From an uncultured bacterium (GTDB taxonomy: Bacteria > Auribacterota > Erginobacteria > Erginobacterales > Erginobacteraceae), in assembly GCA_963822585.1 (NCBI GenBank), contig CAWGIE010000031.1, positions 192,001-256,000 of the forward strand: a stretch of DNA of 64,000 bases, read 5' to 3'. The notes below the pieces were generated by a model. The model was not told the origin of the DNA. It was given only the letters and a program-made list of their open reading frames with translations, and searched no databases. Positions 58,797 through 64,000 of this stretch are shown in pieces; within the stretch, counting starts at the first letter, position 1, and every line of letters begins with the position of its first letter. The position numbers and the translations under genes are program-made.

Positions 58797-60854
58797 GTGG
58801 CCAAGAAGAGAACTAAAAAGACGCAGGCGATCGTTCCGGCGCGGGCGGAGTTTTTCCTGGGGCACCGGGCCAAAAATATTCTCACCATCCTCTTCCTGGT
58901 CGCTTTCTGCCTTGGCTTGTTCCTCCGCTTTTACGACCTGGAGCTGAAACCCCTGCATCACGATGAGGGGGTCAACTCCTGGTTTCTTCTCAATCTCAAA
59001 AAAGACTTTCCCGCCGGCTGGAAATACGATCCCGAGAATTACCATGGACCGTTTCTCTTCTTTACCCACATCATTCCCCTGGCTATCAGCGAGAGCATCT
59101 TCGCTCTCCGTTGCATGGTGGCCCTTTTCGGTTCCCTGACGATCGCCCTCCTCTGGCCCTTGAGAAGAAAGATCGGGCGCTGCGGCGTGGTCACGGCCGG
59201 CTTCCTGTTGGCCGTCTCCCCGACCAATCTCTTTTTCGCCCGAACCAATATTCATGAAACATACCTGATCTTCTTCACGCTGGGGACGATTGTCGGCGCG
59301 ATTCGCTTCTGGGAGTCGAAAAAGCCGGTTTATTTTATTCTTATGTGCGCCTGCTGGGCCTGGGTGATCACGGTCAAGGAAACATACATCATGACCGGAG
59401 CCGCCTTTTTCTGGGCCGCTGTCGGGACCGGCCTCTGGTTCACGGTTACCCGGAAAAACAACGAGACCACCCCCCGGAAAGTGATCACGGACCTGCTCGG
59501 ATGGATGAAAGAACACTACCTGGCGCTCTGGCTGGCCTTTGTGGTCTTTGTCCTGATTATCGTCGTCTATTACTCTTCCCTCTTCACCAATGCCAAGGGG
59601 ACCACCAGCGATCTGATCACTAGTCTCCGGATCTGGGAAAAGACCGGGACCAAGGGCGCCGGCCATGAGAAACCTTTCTGGTATTGGTGGTGGCTCTTAC
59701 GGGACTTTGAATTCCCGATCCTGATACCGGCCGTGCTCGGCATCGGCTACGCCTTTAAAAGAAGAAACGCCTTCGCGGTCTTTTGCTCCTTTTGGGCGGT
59801 CCTCCTCTTCTTCATTTATTCCTTCATCCCTTACAAGACTCCCTGGCTGGCCCTGAATTTTATCCTCCCCCTGATTCTGCTGGGCGGCTACTTCGTGGAG
59901 AATGTTTATCGTTCGATCCGGGATTCTGCGGTGCTGGTCGGAATCACCGCCGCGCTGGGAGCGGCGGCGATGTTGGCCTGGGGATCGGGGATCAGCTGGC
60001 GGGTCAATTTCCTGGAATATGACAATGACACCTACCAGATCGTCTACTCCCAGACCCGGCGCGATATCAACGACATGATGAAGCGGCTGGAGGAGTACGC
60101 CCATGACAAAGCCCAGGGCTACGATACGGAGATCAAGATCGTCTCCGATGAATACTGGCCTCTCCAGTGGTATCTGCGGAAATACAACCACGTGGGCTAT
60201 TGGGGGCAGGTAATCGACGATTCGGACGCCCCCATTGTTCTCGGGCGCTCCAAGACCCAGCAGGAGCTGGAAAAAACCCTCAAGGATACCTATTACTCGG
60301 AACTGTACAGTATTCGGCCCGGTCTGGATATGTACCTCTACACCCGTCTCCACCGGGGGAAGGAGCCTGAAGAAGAGATTAAGGGCACGGGACCGATCGT
60401 CATTAACAAAGATACTCTCCAGAGTGGGTTAATTGCCCAATATTATAAAAAGATAAACCCGGTCGGTGAGCCAGCTTTCGAAAAAATAGAGGACCACTTC
60501 GATTTCCATTACGACAATGAGGAAGAGAAAAAAGCCGGTTTGAATATCACCTCGCCTTTCAGCATCATCTGGGAAGGCCTGATCGAGATCCCGGAGTCCG
60601 GAACCTATCTCTTCGCGACTGAGTCGGATGATGGATCATGGCTCTTCATCGACGACCGGTTGGTTGTGGATAACGGGGGCACGCACGGCATCGAATACAA
60701 ATCAAACACAATTATTCTCGAGAAAGGGATGCACCGGATCAAGATAAAATACTTTGACAGCGCCTGGGGGGCGATCATGAAGGTCCTCTGGTCGCCACCC
60801 GGTGAAGGGGAAGCGCCGATCCCCCCGCACTATCTCTGGCATATCCCGAAGTAG
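58797..60854 (+). CDS. TIGR03663/Agl23-like GT-C membrane protein fused to a C-terminal PA14 domain
   Basis: LELKPLHHDEG, YDP..YHGP, KET, GHEKPFWY, YKTPW, YWPLQWYLR. PA14: FSIIWEG, YLFATESDDGSWLFIDDRLVVDNGGTH. Start may be 58779 or 58797. Confidence 0.88.
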   Translation: MAKKRTKKTQAIVPARAEFFLGHRAKNILTILFLVAFCLGLFLRFYDLELKPLHHDEGVNSWFLLNLKKDFPAGWKYDPENYHGPFLFFTHIIPLAISESIFALRCMVALFGSLTIALLWPLRRKIGRCGVVTAGFLLAVSPTNLFFARTNIHETYLIFFTLGTIVGAIRFWESKKPVYFILMCACWAWVITVKETYIMTGAAFFWAAVGTGLWFTVTRKNNETTPRKVITDLLGWMKEHYLALWLAFVVFVLIIVVYYSSLFTNAKGTTSDLITSLRIWEKTGTKGAGHEKPFWYWWWLLRDFEFPILIPAVLGIGYAFKRRNAFAVFCSFWAVLLFFIYSFIPYKTPWLALNFILPLILLGGYFVENVYRSIRDSAVLVGITAALGAAAMLAWGSGISWRVNFLEYDNDTYQIVYSQTRRDINDMMKRLEEYAHDKAQGYDTEIKIVSDEYWPLQWYLRKYNHVGYWGQVIDDSDAPIVLGRSKTQQELEKTLKDTYYSELYSIRPGLDMYLYTRLHRGKEPEEEIKGTGPIVINKDTLQSGLIAQYYKKINPVGEPAFEKIEDHFDFHYDNEEEKKAGLNITSPFSIIWEGLIEIPESGTYLFATESDDGSWLFIDDRLVVDNGGTHGIEYKSNTIILEKGMHRIKIKYFDSAWGAIMKVLWSPPGEGEAPIPPHYLWHIPK

Positions 60855-61079
60855 TAAGGATTACTTCATGATAATATTCAATTTCCATGAAACAATCCCG
60901 GCAAAGGGTTACGTCTCCATCCTGTTTTTCTACTTGACAGCTTCTATATTTATGCCGGCTTTGTCTATTGACTTTGTCTTTCCCATCGGGTAAGTTCTTA
61001 TAACCCTGACTCTAATCGCAGGGAAAGGGATGTTTCTATCCAGATATCAATCGTTACCTGAAGAAGGAGGAGCAATGAC

Positions 61080-61679
61080 ATGAAAAAAGCAGCTACTGTG
61101 AGGATTCTCTGCCGGACACTCCCGGTGATGATGGTTTTTTTACTCGCCTTCGGGGGAACGACGGGATGCGGGAAAAGCGGGAAAAAACCATCGACAATCG
61201 ACGTAGAAAAGATCATCGATTTTACCGGGGAAATTCAAGTCACTCTTCCCTCCGGCGATGTAAAAACGTACCGGGTCGGGGACACGCTTATCCCTCTCCC
61301 TGAGAACACTCTGGTGAAGGTGCTCTCCAAAGAATGCACGGGTGTTTTGGCGGGGAAGATCATCCTCATCAAGGAGGGCCAGATAGCCCGTATCATCAGA
61401 CCCGGTGTGACCGCGCATAAGGTTATCCAGTTCACCGGGGAGCTGAAGATTATCCTGCCTGACGGAACCATCATCTTTGTCAAGGCGGGAGAGCCGCTCC
61501 CCGCGCTTCCCCCCGGGACCCGGATCGAAGTAATCTCCGGAGAACTGATCGTCATCTGGGGAGATGAGAGATACACCCTCATCCCCGGTGACGTCGCCTG
61601 GATCGAGCTGCCGGCTGAAGAGGAATCCCCCGCTTCGGAGGGAGGAGACATCAGCCCCGCCAGCCCGTTTGAACCATAG
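61080..61679 (+). CDS. Lipoprotein with two ~60-aa beta-rich repeats
   Basis: AGGAGG RBS; lipobox-like GTTGC; KIIDFTGEIQVTLPSG vs KVIQFTGELKIILPDG. Confidence 0.82.
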   Translation: MKKAATVRILCRTLPVMMVFLLAFGGTTGCGKSGKKPSTIDVEKIIDFTGEIQVTLPSGDVKTYRVGDTLIPLPENTLVKVLSKECTGVLAGKIILIKEGQIARIIRPGVTAHKVIQFTGELKIILPDGTIIFVKAGEPLPALPPGTRIEVISGELIVIWGDERYTLIPGDVAWIELPAEEESPASEGGDISPASPFEP

Positions 61680-61713
61680 TATCGAGCAGCAGCCGAAGGT
61701 GTTCCCATATACT

Positions 61714-62910
61714 TTGAAAAGATCACACTTCGTTACAACATTTTTCTGGGGAGGGGTTTTCCTGGTCAGTGTATTTATCCTCTCCTCCAGCGAGGTTTCC
61801 GGTTTGGAGATCGGAAAACCCGGGACCGGTATCACTCAGGGTAGCCTGGTCATTCACCCTCGTTTAAAGTTCAGAGGTGAATACGACGACAATATTTTTC
61901 TTACCGATCGGGGAGCGGAAGACGATCTGATCGGCGTCATCATGCCGGGTGTTTCCCTGGAGCTGCCCTGGGATAAAAATTATCTCTCCCTGGACTATCA
62001 GGCGACCCTTCACTATTTCAAGGACCACCCGGATCAGAATCATCAGGACCACCGTCTCAAAGGATTGTTCAGCTTTGTTTTCAGCTCAATGACACTGAAG
62101 GCCGAGGACCTCTTCCTTGATACGTCTTCCCGGGAAAACACCGATTTTACCGAGCGGATAAAGCGGATCGAGAATACCGGCTCCATCGCTCTTCTCTACC
62201 AGGCCAATGCCTTCGAACTCCAGGGCAGGTATAAGAATTTTTACGAGGACTACGACCAGCAGATTTATAGTCCCTACGACCATATGGAGCACTACGGGAT
62301 TCTGACCGGTTTTTACAAGATAGCGCCGAAGACGAAAGCACTGATAGAATACACCTACGACCGGATCGTATATCGGGAAGACCGTAATCGTGACGGTTAC
62401 TATAACGAGGTGCGGGCCGGTTTCACCGGGGAGATCACTTCTAAACTGACCGGCACCGCCAAGGTGGGTTACCAGTCCCGGCAGTATCATGACGAATCAA
62501 TCTGGGACGATTTCAACGGGGTGGTGGGCTATGTACTCCTGGAACAGGTGTTCTCCACCAACAGCGATCTCCGGCTCGGATGGGAAAGATCTCTCCATGA
62601 AGCGACCTCCGAACAAAACAGCTTCTATCTTCTCAACCGGGGCTGGCTTGCCTACAGCCGGCAGCTGGCCCACAAGATACGGGGTTTCGCCCGGATTCAG
62701 TACAGCAACTACAGCTATCCGAAGGAATCGGCGCTATACGGGAAGAAGCGTCAGGATGACGTCTGGGAGCCCCAGATCGGGATCCGGTACCAGATACAGG
62801 TTTGGCTGGCTGCCGAATGCAGCTACACCTTTAAAAACCGCGATTCCAACCTGCCCGGAAAGGACTACCAGGATAATCGTTTTATCATTGAATTGTCAGG
62901 GACCTACTGA
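61714..62910 (+). CDS. Outer-membrane beta-barrel protein, EPS-export associated (BBP2-like)
   Basis: IHP......YDDNIF, amphipathic strands, RDSN...DY.DNR, terminal aromatic residue; upstream of wza. Start uncertain (61699 GTG or 61714 TTG). Confidence 0.85.
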   Translation: MKRSHFVTTFFWGGVFLVSVFILSSSEVSGLEIGKPGTGITQGSLVIHPRLKFRGEYDDNIFLTDRGAEDDLIGVIMPGVSLELPWDKNYLSLDYQATLHYFKDHPDQNHQDHRLKGLFSFVFSSMTLKAEDLFLDTSSRENTDFTERIKRIENTGSIALLYQANAFELQGRYKNFYEDYDQQIYSPYDHMEHYGILTGFYKIAPKTKALIEYTYDRIVYREDRNRDGYYNEVRAGFTGEITSKLTGTAKVGYQSRQYHDESIWDDFNGVVGYVLLEQVFSTNSDLRLGWERSLHEATSEQNSFYLLNRGWLAYSRQLAHKIRGFARIQYSNYSYPKESALYGKKRQDDVWEPQIGIRYQIQVWLAAECSYTFKNRDSNLPGKDYQDNRFIIELSGTY

Positions 62911-63183
62911 TTTAACCCGCTATCTGACTGCCTGTCGACCGACAGACAGTCCAGACGTCGAGTGATTTTTAACACTGCCAGAGATTACAAGAGGCGCAAC
63001 CGAATAGACATTGATTTTATCGAATTCTCCGGCAATACATTTCAGCCATCGATCTGATGCCGGCGGCAGTGTTCACCGGAAAACCGATATATTCTCTTCC
63101 CGGCGAAGAAAAAATAATGTACTGTCGCCCGGTCAGTATGTTTTTTGTCCGGAGGCGTTGAACCATACTCGGCAACCTGGATT

Positions 63184-63966
63184 ATGATGAGAGATCGAAA
63201 AGCCCGGACGCGGGGCTCTTTTTTTTTCAAGCCGGCGGTGATGCTACTGGCCGGCGGAGTTATTTTCGGCGCCGGGTGTGGACATACCCCCGATGCCGGA
63301 AGCGGCGGCGAGATGGGGAATGATTACGCCCCCTCCTATTCCCCGGCCGCGCCCCTTCCCGAAACGGTCACCGGGAATCCGCTCCCCTCTCCCTCCCCGG
63401 AAATTACCCCTCTCTCCGGAACATCCGCGGAGGCCGCACCCCACTCCGTTTCCGACGAGGGCCCCCCGGAGGAGACCGGTTACCTAATCAGCCCCAATGA
63501 TGTTATCGCCATCTCAGTTCTGGGAGAAGAAGACCTTTCACTCAGCGTCCGGGTCTCCGAAAAAGGTCTGATATCCTTCCCTCTCCTGGGAGAGATCAAG
63601 GCGGTGGGCTACACGCCTATCCAGTTTGAGAGAAAACTCGAAGAACTCCTCGAAAAGGATTACCTGGTCTCGCCCTCGGTCAACATCAACATCAAGGAGT
63701 ATGGTGCCATTTCTGTTCTGGGACAGGTCAAGAAACCGGGATCGTTTGAGATCAAGGGCCGGCTGACCGTAACCCAGGCGGTTGCCCTGGCGGGAGGCTT
63801 GACCGACATCGCCAGTCCCAATGGAACAAAAGTAATCCGGGAAGTGGCAGGAAGGGAAGAAATTATCCCCGTCAAGCTCAAAGATATCCTGAACGACGGG
63901 AACCTTTCCGGGGATATAAACCTAAAGCCCGGAGACCTGATTGTAATCCCTGAAAGTTTTTTCTGA
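63184..63966 (+). CDS. wza: Polysaccharide biosynthesis/export lipoprotein (Wza/OPX, short form)
   Basis: Lipobox GAGC; YLISPNDVI.ISV, G.ISFPLLGEI, VLGQVKKPG, AVALAGG, LKPGDLIVIPESFF. Confidence 0.9.
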   Translation: MMRDRKARTRGSFFFKPAVMLLAGGVIFGAGCGHTPDAGSGGEMGNDYAPSYSPAAPLPETVTGNPLPSPSPEITPLSGTSAEAAPHSVSDEGPPEETGYLISPNDVIAISVLGEEDLSLSVRVSEKGLISFPLLGEIKAVGYTPIQFERKLEELLEKDYLVSPSVNINIKEYGAISVLGQVKKPGSFEIKGRLTVTQAVALAGGLTDIASPNGTKVIREVAGREEIIPVKLKDILNDGNLSGDINLKPGDLIVIPESFF

Positions 63967-63979
63967 ACGGGAGAAATCA

Positions 63980-64000
63980 ATGCCGATATCCAAAGACGTA
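63980..64000 (+). CDS. Start of the next gene, truncated (a Wzc-like co-polymerase would fit the context)
   Basis: GGGAG RBS then ATG 63980; only 7 codons visible. Confidence 0.35.

Noticed and set aside
1..64000. rRNA, tRNA, integrase, transposase or exosortase genes
   Set aside because: None recognisable by eye; a covariance-model or HMM scan would be needed to exclude small RNAs

Overview
GC-rich bacterial cell-surface and glycosylation locus. The PEP-CTERM protein, DxDxDG/FYRV tail and FG-GAP tails suggest a PVC-like lineage; this is inference. (1) 1-26.6 kb holds secreted or surface proteins. The first is a giant gene running in from the left edge to 18815, built from at least two ~9.1-9.5 kb modules (lamin-tail, Fn3/Ig, LamG, catalytically degenerate ComEC-type MBL domains); its first ~7.5 kb is frameshifted, probably by sequencing errors. 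It is followed by an SBBP-propeller protein, a PEP-CTERM protein and two Pro/Thr-linker proteins with FG-GAP/VCBS tails. (2) 26.9-60.9 kb encodes nine GT-C-type polytopic glycosyltransferase-like proteins (TMTC-like+TPR, DUF2298, TIGR03663+PA14, PMT_2/ArnT-like), two GT2 polyprenyl-phosphate sugar synthases, a GDP-heptose modification module (HddA kinase, Cj1427-like dehydrogenase, Fcl-like reductase, three more SDRs), an FAD oxidoreductase, a B12 radical SAM enzyme and a PaaX-like regulator bracketed by two 32-38 bp palindromes. (3) 61-64 kb starts an EPS export operon (lipoprotein, OM beta-barrel, Wza). Best leads: an unrecognised ~125-aa HAAxG...YxDxxxDxxPDR domain shared by three divergent GT-C proteins and a stand-alone anchored protein; a possible lipid-linked heptose protein-glycosylation system; a domain apparently split between the giant protein and the next gene; and the PaaX palindromes. 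Intergenic regions hold many short palindromic repeat families. No rRNA, tRNA, CRISPR or transposase was seen. All family calls come from motif recognition by eye, not from database searches.
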